Position numbers and translations under genes: made by a program. From Eubacteriales bacterium (GTDB lineage: Bacteria; Bacillota; Clostridia; Oscillospirales; CAG-272), in the NCBI GenBank assembly GCA_028709565.1, contig JAQVWU010000002.1, positions 1 to 32,575 of the forward strand: a DNA stretch of 32,575 bases, in the 5' to 3' direction. Below, piece after piece: positions 24,880 through 32,575 of this stretch. A model generated the notes under the pieces. It had not been told where the DNA came from. It searched no databases and saw only the letters and a list, made by a program, of their open reading frames with translations. Numbering within the stretch: position 1 is the stretch's first letter; every line of letters starts with the position of its first letter.

Positions 24880-26847
24880 ATGAAAAGCACCAAGATAGAC
24901 CTGTCAGGTTTTATTGCCGATAATATAATTGAGAAAAACTGCCGTTATACCTTTGAACCGAGCGGTAACGGTTCGCTGAGCGCCGTCTGCTCCGCCGGCT
25001 GTATTACCGGCATCCCATTCAATAGCTCTGACCTGCTGGTGATGGACGTAACAAACGACAGCGTCTTCGCCTGCGCGGTATTGTGGACCTTTACGGAACA
25101 GAACGGGACTTCATACATTGCCTTTAAGATGGGTCTGCTGCCCCGGCTGCGCACCCGCATCGCCATTCCGGCAACGGCACTGGACGCGAACACCCTGTTT
25201 CTGCCGCGTACCCCCGGAAAACTGAAAACGGTTACGCAGGGCAAGCCTATCAGTATCGACAAGCTCGCAAATTTTATGCTGTCGGTACCCGGCGCGCCGG
25301 GCAGCGTTGATTTGATTATACACGATGTGTATATAACCGATACCGAACCCGAATATCCGGTCGAGAATAAACCGATGGTCGACCTGCTCGGTCAAAAACT
25401 GTGTTCGTCCTGGAAGGGAAAAACCGCCGGTGAAGCCCGGCTGCGTACATTTTTAGCCGGTGAAGCTCAAAAAGAAATCGGACATATGCCGCCCGCGCGT
25501 TCAAAATATGGCGGCTGGACAAAAAAACAATTTGAACCGTCCGGATTTTTCGCGGTCCGTCATGACGGTTACAGATATTGGCTGTCCGATCCCGACGGTT
25601 ACGCCTTCTTCAGCATCGGTCTGGACTGCGTGAGCGTTGACGGGGACTGCAATCTGAACGGTATAGAACAGCTGGCAACCGATTTGCCGCCCCGGGGGAG
25701 CATGGGCTGGAACGGTGATAAAACATACAGCTGGCATAAGGCAAATCTTATGAGGGCATTCGGAGAGGAATGGTATGGTCAATGGGCTAAAATCACACAG
25801 CGCCGTCTGACCGAATGGGGGTTCAATACCATCGCGTGCTGGAGCGACATGGATTATATAAAAAGAGACAGCCGTCCGTATGTATTTATATTCGGGCGTT
25901 ATCCCGATACCCGGTGTAATATATTCCGCGATTTTCCCGATGTGTTCTCGGAGGAGTTCAGAGAATCGGCGGCAAAATACGCAAAACTGATAATCCCTTT
26001 TAAAGACGACAAAAATCTGATAGGTTATTTCCTGTCAAACGAACCTGCATGGGCGTTTGTCAATGCGCTTAATATCGCCTCCGTCCTTTTGGAAAGCGAT
26101 TATCCTTATCATTCAAAAACCGCCCTTGTAAATTTCATGCGCGACCGCTACGGCACTGTTGACGCGCTGAACACCGCGTGGGGAGCGTCCTTCACCGATT
26201 TTGATTCGCTGCTGCAGCCCGTTGCGGTATCGGCTCTCAGTGAGAGGGCGAACAACGACCTGTGGGACTTTTCGGCTGAGATGATACGCGAATATATAAA
26301 GGTTCCGTCGCTTGCCATCCGCGCCCATGACCCAGATCATTTAAATCTCGGTATACGCTACGCGTGGCTCTCGAGCAGTATACTGGTTTCAGGCAGCGAA
26401 TACTTTGACGTTTTTTCCTTTAACTGTTACGCGATGGATCCCGCCGGCGGTATAGAAAATATACTGAACACCCTGAAAAAACCCGACAAGCCGCTCATGA
26501 TAGGTGAATTTCATTTCGGAGCCCTTGACCGCGGGCTGGACGCGACCGGTATACGCGGTGTAACAACACAGGCTGAACGGGGCAAGGCATACCGGTATTA
26601 CATGCACGCTGCGGCAGCACACCCCTTCTGTATCGGGGCGCATTATTTCACGCTCAACGACCAGGGCTATCTCGGGCGTTTTGACGGTGAAAATTATCAG
26701 ATAGGTCTGGTGGATGTCTGCAACCGTCCCTATGATGAATTCGTCGGGGGCGTCATAAAAACGAATGATGAGCTGTATGAAATCGCTGACGGAATCAGAC
26801 CTCCCGCCTCCGAAAAAGCCGATGAAATCAATGCCGTGTTTTTTTAG
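24880..26847 (+). CDS. Putative glycoside hydrolase, (beta/alpha)8 clan GH-A-like, family unassigned
   Basis: 655 aa from ATG 24880, 7 nt after GAGGGG. An N-terminal ~200 aa beta-rich domain is followed by WGFNTIACWSD, IGYFLSNEPAW (NEP acid/base-like) and LMIGEFHFGALD (nucleophile-like Glu). No signal peptide. Confidence 0.55.
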   Translation: MKSTKIDLSGFIADNIIEKNCRYTFEPSGNGSLSAVCSAGCITGIPFNSSDLLVMDVTNDSVFACAVLWTFTEQNGTSYIAFKMGLLPRLRTRIAIPATALDANTLFLPRTPGKLKTVTQGKPISIDKLANFMLSVPGAPGSVDLIIHDVYITDTEPEYPVENKPMVDLLGQKLCSSWKGKTAGEARLRTFLAGEAQKEIGHMPPARSKYGGWTKKQFEPSGFFAVRHDGYRYWLSDPDGYAFFSIGLDCVSVDGDCNLNGIEQLATDLPPRGSMGWNGDKTYSWHKANLMRAFGEEWYGQWAKITQRRLTEWGFNTIACWSDMDYIKRDSRPYVFIFGRYPDTRCNIFRDFPDVFSEEFRESAAKYAKLIIPFKDDKNLIGYFLSNEPAWAFVNALNIASVLLESDYPYHSKTALVNFMRDRYGTVDALNTAWGASFTDFDSLLQPVAVSALSERANNDLWDFSAEMIREYIKVPSLAIRAHDPDHLNLGIRYAWLSSSILVSGSEYFDVFSFNCYAMDPAGGIENILNTLKKPDKPLMIGEFHFGALDRGLDATGIRGVTTQAERGKAYRYYMHAAAAHPFCIGAHYFTLNDQGYLGRFDGENYQIGLVDVCNRPYDEFVGGVIKTNDELYEIADGIRPPASEKADEINAVFF

Positions 26848-26856
26848 TATTTGGTA

Positions 26857-26885
26857 TTGACAAAATAAAACGCTTATGATAAAAT
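26857..26885 (+). promoter_or_regulatory. SigA-type promoter upstream of rubredoxin
   Basis: TTGACA (26857-26862), 17 nt spacer, TGaTAAAAT (extended -10, 26877-26885). Confidence 0.55.
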
Positions 26886-27002
26886 GGGAAAACCATCGGC
26901 GGGGTACGGCAAAACAGCGCCGTATTCCATAAAAACAACTATAGCCGTTTAATTAACAGCGAATAAATGGTTCCGAAAAACAGTAAGGAAAGAAGGGATA
27001 GT

Positions 27003-27161
27003 ATGGAAATATATACCTGCCTGGTTTGCGGTTATGTTTACGATGAAGCCGAAGGCGATCCTGTAAACGATATCGCTCCCGGAACAAAATGGGATGAACT
27101 CCCTGAAGACTGGGTCTGCCCCGAATGCGGAGCTTCCAAAGAAGACTTTGAGATGGAATAA
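27003..27161 (+). CDS. Rubredoxin
   Basis: 52 aa: [20 protein letters not shown]...[16 protein letters not shown], with two CxxCG knuckles. RBS aggaaagaaggga. The upstream 12 codons in the ORF track are not needed. Confidence 0.92.
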   Translation: MEIYTCLVCGYVYDEAEGDPVNDIAPGTKWDELPEDWVCPECGASKEDFEME

Positions 27162-27177
27162 ACCCGATTAAAACATT

Positions 27178-27211
27178 GAGACTCCGGCACAATTAAAAAT
27201 GTGCCGGAGTC
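27178..27211. terminator. Bidirectional intrinsic terminator between the convergent rubredoxin and SBP3 genes
   Basis: gagactccggcac / gtgccggagtc stem with loop aattaaaaat, followed by gcttttttg. Confidence 0.8.
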
Positions 27212-27245
27212 GCTTTTTTGTTGTATTCAGTTATGCCGCGATATT

Positions 27246-28694
27246 TTAGCCGACGCTTTCCTGCAGTTCAACCAATGTTTTGAGCGCCGCCTCCGCCTTG
27301 TCTTTTATGGCGGCATATTTTGACACAAAATCATCCTTGACTCCGCAGGCGCATTCCCGCAGCAGCATCGCGCTGCCGCCGAAATCGAATATACCGTTGA
27401 GGTCAAAACGGGCAGCCGCGTACATGATATCAAGCATCTCCACCGATTCCGGGTCCCGTGCGATTTTTTCTTTAACAATGATATCATAAACGGCGGGTTT
27501 GACATCGGTAAAGGACAAATAAGCCATCGTTTCGGTAATCAACCCCGTTCGGTCGGCATCCGCCGCCGTAACAGGAACGGCAATACCCGACGGTCCCCAT
27601 GGATTGCCGTATGTATAATAATTATCCTGCGCTTCGTTCAGTTTCGGCGTAGGAATTATACCGTAATCGTCCTCCATGACGCGCAGTCCGGGTACACCCT
27701 GGTAACCCGCTATGATATTGTTCATGGATATCATGAGAAACATCAGTCTGCTCTCCGAGAACAGGGTCAGCGAACTGCCGGCTTTGTCCACATAACAGAT
27801 GTCCTTGTCACCCAGCAGAGTCGCGATCTGGTCGACCAGCGTTACAATACGTTCGCTGCCGAGATTCAAAAAATGGTTTCCCGCGGCGTCAATCTCGCTC
27901 ATCTTTTCCCCGCAGGAGATAAGCATTGCCTGACCGGCGACACCGCCGTCATGCGACAGCGCGTAAAAGTCGGCTTCCGTGAGTTTGCCGTCCCCGTCTA
28001 TATCGGTTGTTAAGTTTGCGGTAAGTTCCTTCAGCTTGTCGAAGGTCCACTGCCCGCTTCTGACCGTTTCGTTCAGATTCCCGATATTATAGTCTGCGGC
28101 AAGTTTGATATTGTACGCAACCCCCACCGGTGTATAGTAAAAAAACGGGGACAGGGCGCCGGAAGTGAAATACAGACTGCCCGAGAACTGCATGTCCTCG
28201 CTGATATACGCACACCACCACTCGGATTCGAGCTGCAGATAATTGATTTTGTTCAGGTCATACAGAAAACCGTTGGGCGCCAGGCTGTTGATGCCGTCAG
28301 CCATAGAGGTTATCACCAGACCGTAGATATCATCGTTGGCGTTAACGGCGGTCTGTACCATGCTTTTTACCTGGCCGCGGTCCTCCAGCGCTATGTTCTC
28401 TATGCCGATATTATAGATTTCCTCGGTTTTTATATTCCGCCTGACCAGCGCGTCATTGAGAACCTCTCCGTTTTCCGCTTCAGCCGGCAGATTGGGGCGC
28501 TCATCATAGGACTGCGCCAGAACGGTGAAGACATAACCGTCATAATTTTCATCGGGCAGCGTGTCCATGTAATCGGTTTCTTGTTGTGTCACATCGGGGG
28601 TATCTGTTAAAGGAGCTTCGTTATCCGCTTGTGCCGCGCAGCCGGCGGCGCAAAAAAGCAGGACCATCGCTAAGATCAACGCATGAATCTTCAA
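27246..28694 (-). CDS. Extracellular solute-binding lipoprotein, paralog 3
   Basis: 482 aa from TTG 28692-28694, 6 nt after GGGAGGG. The start in the ORF track lies inside that RBS. Lipobox LLFCAAGCA. Shared blocks are YDGYVFTVL, GEVLNDALVRRN, EWW, GQWTFDKL and DIDGDGKLTEAD. Confidence 0.8.
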   Translation of the reverse strand: MKIHALILAMVLLFCAAGCAAQADNEAPLTDTPDVTQQETDYMDTLPDENYDGYVFTVLAQSYDERPNLPAEAENGEVLNDALVRRNIKTEEIYNIGIENIALEDRGQVKSMVQTAVNANDDIYGLVITSMADGINSLAPNGFLYDLNKINYLQLESEWWCAYISEDMQFSGSLYFTSGALSPFFYYTPVGVAYNIKLAADYNIGNLNETVRSGQWTFDKLKELTANLTTDIDGDGKLTEADFYALSHDGGVAGQAMLISCGEKMSEIDAAGNHFLNLGSERIVTLVDQIATLLGDKDICYVDKAGSSLTLFSESRLMFLMISMNNIIAGYQGVPGLRVMEDDYGIIPTPKLNEAQDNYYTYGNPWGPSGIAVPVTAADADRTGLITETMAYLSFTDVKPAVYDIIVKEKIARDPESVEMLDIMYAAARFDLNGIFDFGGSAMLLRECACGVKDDFVSKYAAIKDKAEAALKTLVELQESVG

Positions 28695-28753
28695 AGGTAT
28701 CCCTCCCAAATATTTAAAATCAGGCTTTTAAACCAGCCGATTTTGTTTAACGG

Positions 28754-29869
28754 CTATTTTAGGAACACCCGTTTCACGGCTTCAAGATAACCGTAACCGT
28801 TGAGATCGTCCGGCTGGAGATAGCTGGTTTCGGTCCACTCATTCCAGCTGTTGAGGGTGATAAGCGGAGCCGGCAGCGAGTGTGTGTCAATATACTGCTT
28901 GGCCATGATCAGACCCTCTTCAAAGGCTTCAGGGGTGTTGCCCTTTACGATACCCGGCCGGAAGGAGTTAAAACGGGGATTGTTGTCCCATCCGACAGAG
29001 ATATGGGGGAAATACGGTATTCCCGCATAGTCACGGTCGATGCGTTCCCATTCACGCTGTACATCGGCGAGGATTGCCCGGTAATCGCGGTCAATATCGA
29101 CAAAATGCACAAACTGATAATGGCTGATACTGTTAAAACCAAGCAGGCTGACCGCCCGGCGGGTTGTGCCCTGCGCCGTTGAGTCCACTCCGCTGAGATT
29201 TACGGCATTTTCACTCCAGGCGGTAAGCTGAAGGTGAAGACCGCGGTGGCCTGCCTTAACGGTCCGGCTGCGGAAGAATTCGAAAGCCCGCCGCGTATTA
29301 TCAACGCCGCCCAGACCGCGTATGAGGTTATGAAGATCGTAAATCATAAACACCGGGCATCCGTCGATTTTATAATAGTTAGGCTGAGAAAAATAACGTT
29401 CGATTACCCGCTTTACGATTATATTAAACTCTCCCCGGTCAACCGCGCCGTCCCAGATCACATTGGAAAAATCATCGGAATTCCTGATGTCCCAGGTGTT
29501 GTTCACCGTATGGTTAGCCCACATAAGATAGAACTTCATGCGGTCACGGTTTTGCGCCTTTAAAAAGCCGTCGTTCAAACAGCCTTCCAGAAAGGGACGC
29601 CGGTCATACCAATACCAGTCATAGATAAAGACGTTTACCCCGTGGTCGGCAGCCGCCGCGATTTGCATTTCCATAACATAGCGATCGGCTTCGTTTACAT
29701 AACCCCAGAGCGGTTTTCTCGGCCAGTCATGCCCCGGCTGCTTTTTGACCGCGTTTTTCACCGATTGCCACTCACCGATGCCCTCCGGCCAGAAGGTGCG
29801 GGTACGGGGTTCGTCTCCGGTATACGCCGGCCAGATATACGCCGCGATATCGTAATTTTTCATATGCAT
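28754..29869 (-). CDS. GH99-like / WbsX-like domain protein
   Basis: 371 aa. AAYIWPAYTGDEPRTRTFWPEGIGEWQSV...VNVFIYDWYWY resembles the WbsX/GH99-like family signature as I recall it. No signal peptide. Confidence 0.55.
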   Translation of the reverse strand: MHMKNYDIAAYIWPAYTGDEPRTRTFWPEGIGEWQSVKNAVKKQPGHDWPRKPLWGYVNEADRYVMEMQIAAAADHGVNVFIYDWYWYDRRPFLEGCLNDGFLKAQNRDRMKFYLMWANHTVNNTWDIRNSDDFSNVIWDGAVDRGEFNIIVKRVIERYFSQPNYYKIDGCPVFMIYDLHNLIRGLGGVDNTRRAFEFFRSRTVKAGHRGLHLQLTAWSENAVNLSGVDSTAQGTTRRAVSLLGFNSISHYQFVHFVDIDRDYRAILADVQREWERIDRDYAGIPYFPHISVGWDNNPRFNSFRPGIVKGNTPEAFEEGLIMAKQYIDTHSLPAPLITLNSWNEWTETSYLQPDDLNGYGYLEAVKRVFLK

Positions 29870-29906
29870 ATTCCTCTCTTGTTTATTGCTTTTATTGCTC
29901 TGTTTT

Positions 29907-31472
29907 TTATTTGCTCATTTTATTGAATATCTCCCATCCCTCACGCGAATGCGCTATTATAACACCGGAGGAGACGTTCGATATGTAATCATATATAAGG
30001 GGCAGCACAATATTGCCGTTGTTGTCTATCATACAGAACCTTGCGGAGGAAACGCCGACCACCGCCAGTCCTTCGATAAAGGGCTGCGCATATGTGTAGA
30101 TGGGCTGCGCAATCCATCGTCCCGTATAATCGAGAAAGCCGTACAATCCGTCCTTTTCAAGCAGCATAACACCGTCCGAATAGCCCACCAGCGTATAATC
30201 CTGCGGTATAATATGTTTTGTTCCGTCAGGCCGGATCAATATGTCGCTGTCGCGTACCAGTTCGCCCTCTTCTTTATAATCGTAGATACAGCTGCGTATG
30301 CGCATAAGCCCGTGGTCAAAATCAAACATGCCGAGCGATTCTATACCGAAGGTGTCGGGCAGATAATAGGACTCAAATGCCGGCCGCCGGTTGCGTTCGG
30401 TCAGATACAGTATCGTCCCCGACGGGTCGGATACCGTTCCGCCGTAGGTGTTGATCAGCTTTGCCTTTCCGTTGGCGTCGGCTACGACGGCAATACCGTT
30501 TTCGTTGAATTCCGAAGCAAAATAATACTGCGCCTCAATGGCGATACCTCCCCAGGCGTTCAGATAACCCCATAAAATACAATCTCTGTATTGCAGGGTA
30601 TATTCGGGGATGTTCAGCCGGGCATAAACGGCGGCATCCTCGATATCCTTGCCGTCCTTTACCGCTCCCGAGAGTTTGCGGTCCACTTCGAGCGTTACAT
30701 CGTTGCCGTTTCCGTCAATCTTGCGCCGGTGCACCGTTTCCACATAATAGCGGCTCAGGGTGCTTTGGGAACGGGAGTACGAAGGCGGGGAGTCATATTG
30801 CAGCGGCGGGGCGTAAAGCGGATTATACTCAACCTCTATCATCTCATTGCTGTTGTCGACTATATAGTAATACCTGTCTTTATAGGTAAACAGAGGCCGG
30901 CCGGCACTGTCCCGCGCATAAGCCGGTGTCAGGTTGTCAATTCCGGCAACCGAGACAACGCCGTTTATGCCCAAAACGGAAACATGTGCTCCGTCATCAT
31001 ATAATATATAACCCATGTATGTCCGCAGCGCCCTGCGGCCGCCTGAACTGAGATTTTTGTTTAGGGGAATACCGCCCGTAACCCTGCCGATACGGTGGGT
31101 AGCCTTGTTATAGGGGGTATCGCTCCATTTATAACCTGATTTTTTCAGTTCGGCAACCGATTCGATAGGGTTACCGACCGGCGGCTGTACAGGGGGCTGA
31201 GAGGCAGTTTCCGCAGATTGGGAACCGAGCTGTTCCTGATTGAAGACACCGCTCAGATTTTCCTTTTCAATTTCTATGACATCGATATCCGCCGGGCGGA
31301 TGACCGGTTCGTATCTGCTTTCAGACGCATTTTCGTTGTCACCGCTGCGCCTGATAAATGAGATGTCATACCAGCCGAGATTATACATTATAACGGCGGC
31401 AGCCGCGGCACAGAGCAGCAGCAGCGCAATAAGTGTAACCGCGAAACGCCTGAGTTTTTTCATATTATTCAT
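29907..31472 (-). CDS. Membrane-anchored WG (KWG)-repeat protein
   Basis: 521 aa from ATG 31470-31472, 8 nt after AGGAA. N-terminal TM helix FAVTLIALLLLCAAAAAVIM. Repeated YGFLDYTGRWIAQPIYTYAQPFIEGLAVV-type WG units are present. Confidence 0.7.
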   Translation of the reverse strand: MNNMKKLRRFAVTLIALLLLCAAAAAVIMYNLGWYDISFIRRSGDNENASESRYEPVIRPADIDVIEIEKENLSGVFNQEQLGSQSAETASQPPVQPPVGNPIESVAELKKSGYKWSDTPYNKATHRIGRVTGGIPLNKNLSSGGRRALRTYMGYILYDDGAHVSVLGINGVVSVAGIDNLTPAYARDSAGRPLFTYKDRYYYIVDNSNEMIEVEYNPLYAPPLQYDSPPSYSRSQSTLSRYYVETVHRRKIDGNGNDVTLEVDRKLSGAVKDGKDIEDAAVYARLNIPEYTLQYRDCILWGYLNAWGGIAIEAQYYFASEFNENGIAVVADANGKAKLINTYGGTVSDPSGTILYLTERNRRPAFESYYLPDTFGIESLGMFDFDHGLMRIRSCIYDYKEEGELVRDSDILIRPDGTKHIIPQDYTLVGYSDGVMLLEKDGLYGFLDYTGRWIAQPIYTYAQPFIEGLAVVGVSSARFCMIDNNGNIVLPLIYDYISNVSSGVIIAHSREGWEIFNKMSK

Positions 31473-31583
31473 ATGATTGATATTCCTTAATACAGCCAAT
31501 CGGTTTTTTGTTGTTTTTAGTTTTGCATAAACAGTCATGTTTTATTTATCTTATTTTTTTATTTATTAATTTTATTAATTTTA

Positions 31584-32003
31584 TTAATAATGATGATAAT
31601 TTTCGCCCTTTAATATGCTCATGGCGCGATAAATCTGCTCAAGCAGGATAACCCGCATAAGACGGTGAGGAAAGGTCATGCGCGAAAAGGAAAGCCTCAG
31701 GTCACACGCTCCCTTGACCGCTTCCGGCAGCCCGTCGGCGCCCCCTATGACAAAAACCAGATCGGACCGGCCCCCGGTCGTAACACGGTCTATTTCCGCC
31801 GCGAACTCCTCGGAGGACAGCTGCCTGCCCTCAACGCACAGCGCGACTTTGTAAGCGCGGGGCGGCAGGATATAAAGACCGCGGTTGTCCGTTTCAACCG
31901 TTTTCAGCCGGCAATAGCGCGACAGGCGTTTTTCGTATTCGGCTGCGACTGCTCTCAGACCGGCGTCGCGCAGCTGTCCGACACATACAATATTAACGGT
32001 CAT
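31584..32003 (-). CDS. rlmH: 23S rRNA (pseudouridine1915-N3)-methyltransferase RlmH
   Basis: 139 aa from ATG 32001-32003: MTVNIVCVGQLRD...LVFVIGGADGL...LSFSRMTFPHRLMRVILLEQIYRA. The 46 aa N-terminal extension in the ORF track overlaps the upstream gene and is rejected. Confidence 0.9.
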   Translation of the reverse strand: MTVNIVCVGQLRDAGLRAVAAEYEKRLSRYCRLKTVETDNRGLYILPPRAYKVALCVEGRQLSSEEFAAEIDRVTTGGRSDLVFVIGGADGLPEAVKGACDLRLSFSRMTFPHRLMRVILLEQIYRAMSILKGENYHHY

Positions 32004-32007
32004 AAAT

Positions 32008-32575
32008 TTATATAAGTCTTGTCGGGGCCGCCGCCGCGGCAACCGACAGCATGGTATTATGCAAACCGCGATGCTCCATCGCTGCGGCGGAGGCTTCAAA
32101 AGCAAGCTTGGGCAGGTTGTTCTCCTGGCTGAGATGAGCAAGGACTATATGTTCCACGCCGTTGCGCGCAAGGATACAGACACTGTCGGCACAGTCGGTG
32201 TTTGACAGGTGACCCCTGCGCGATAATATGCGCCTCTTGAGCGAGGGGGGATAGGAACCGCTCATGAGCATGTTTATATCATGATTCGATTCGATTACCA
32301 CATCGGTGCATCCGCAGAGCCGCTCGGTAACATCATCCGGCATATATCCCAGATCGGTCGCCACTCCGACCGTGCGGGCACCCGCCCGTACTATATAACC
32401 GACACTGCAGGCGCTGTCATGGGGAGTTACAAACGATGAAACCTCAATCTCACCGATACAGCATTCAAAGCAGGGCGGATGTATACTCATGCAGTCGGGT
32501 ATGCAGTTTATTGAGACCGCCGACGGGACGGCGATATGAACCAGTATGCCGAACTTTCTGACAATAACCTCCAGT
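32008..32575 (-). CDS. MBL-fold metallo-hydrolase (YycJ/WalJ-like), N-terminus outside the window
   Basis: The reading frame stays open to the window edge (my translation of 32491-32575 gives LEVIVRKFGILVHIAVPSAVSINCIPDC...). ATDLGYMPDD...VVIESNHDINMLMSGSYPPSLKRRILSRRGHLSN matches YycJ-type proteins. The yycJ-rlmH adjacency is typical of Firmicutes. Confidence 0.8.
   Translation of the reverse strand, partial: LEVIVRKFGILVHIAVPSAVSINCIPDCMSIHPPCFECCIGEIEVSSFVTPHDSACSVGYIVRAGARTVGVATDLGYMPDDVTERLCGCTDVVIESNHDINMLMSGSYPPSLKRRILSRRGHLSNTDCADSVCILARNGVEHIVLAHLSQENNLPKLAFEASAAAMEHRGLHNTMLSVAAAAAPTRLI

Overview
This is a 32.6 kb gene-dense chromosomal segment. It reads like a GC-rich Gram-positive anaerobe, probably Clostridia, based on GGAGG-type ribosome-binding sites, several TTG starts, lipoprotein boxes, HPr kinase and a YycJ/WalJ-RlmH pair. 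I support about 24 real CDS.

The left 2.7 kb is visibly AT-rich and looks like a mobile-element scar. It holds an internal fragment of a large serine recombinase, an IS1634-family insertion with recognisable imperfect terminal inverted repeats, an extra solo copy of the IS left end, and a (TA)n-rich tract.

The rest is housekeeping and carbohydrate-related:
- a 1723 aa alpha-2-macroglobulin-like lipoprotein without a thioester motif
- pyrK-pyrD
- an operon of a CysN-type GTPase with a degenerate APS-kinase-like domain, a 4-Cys TSCPD protein and a solute-binding lipoprotein
- thpR
- a GH32-hprK-solute-binding-protein operon
- a tightly packed six-gene minus-strand operon (DUF5107/TPR, small membrane protein, ceramidase-like lipoprotein, NagB-family enzyme, BioY, LarC)
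- a divergent unassigned TIM-barrel glycosidase
- rubredoxin
- a yycJ-rlmH-WG-repeat-GH99-like-solute-binding-protein string

I see no rRNA, tRNA, CRISPR array, reverse transcriptase, toxin-antitoxin pair or recognisable defence system. I also see no transcription factor and no ABC permease or ATPase gene, although there are three paralogous solute-binding lipoproteins.

Nothing here is a clear-cut novel system. The most unusual items are three gene associations: the six-gene operon, the CysD-less CysN/dead-kinase/TSCPD operon, and the three orphan calcium-loop binding proteins. Two DNA-level oddities also stand out: the IS-end repeats and a 4x tandem octamer in a 5' leader. All functional interpretations are inference from motifs I recognise by eye. 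No database search was run.
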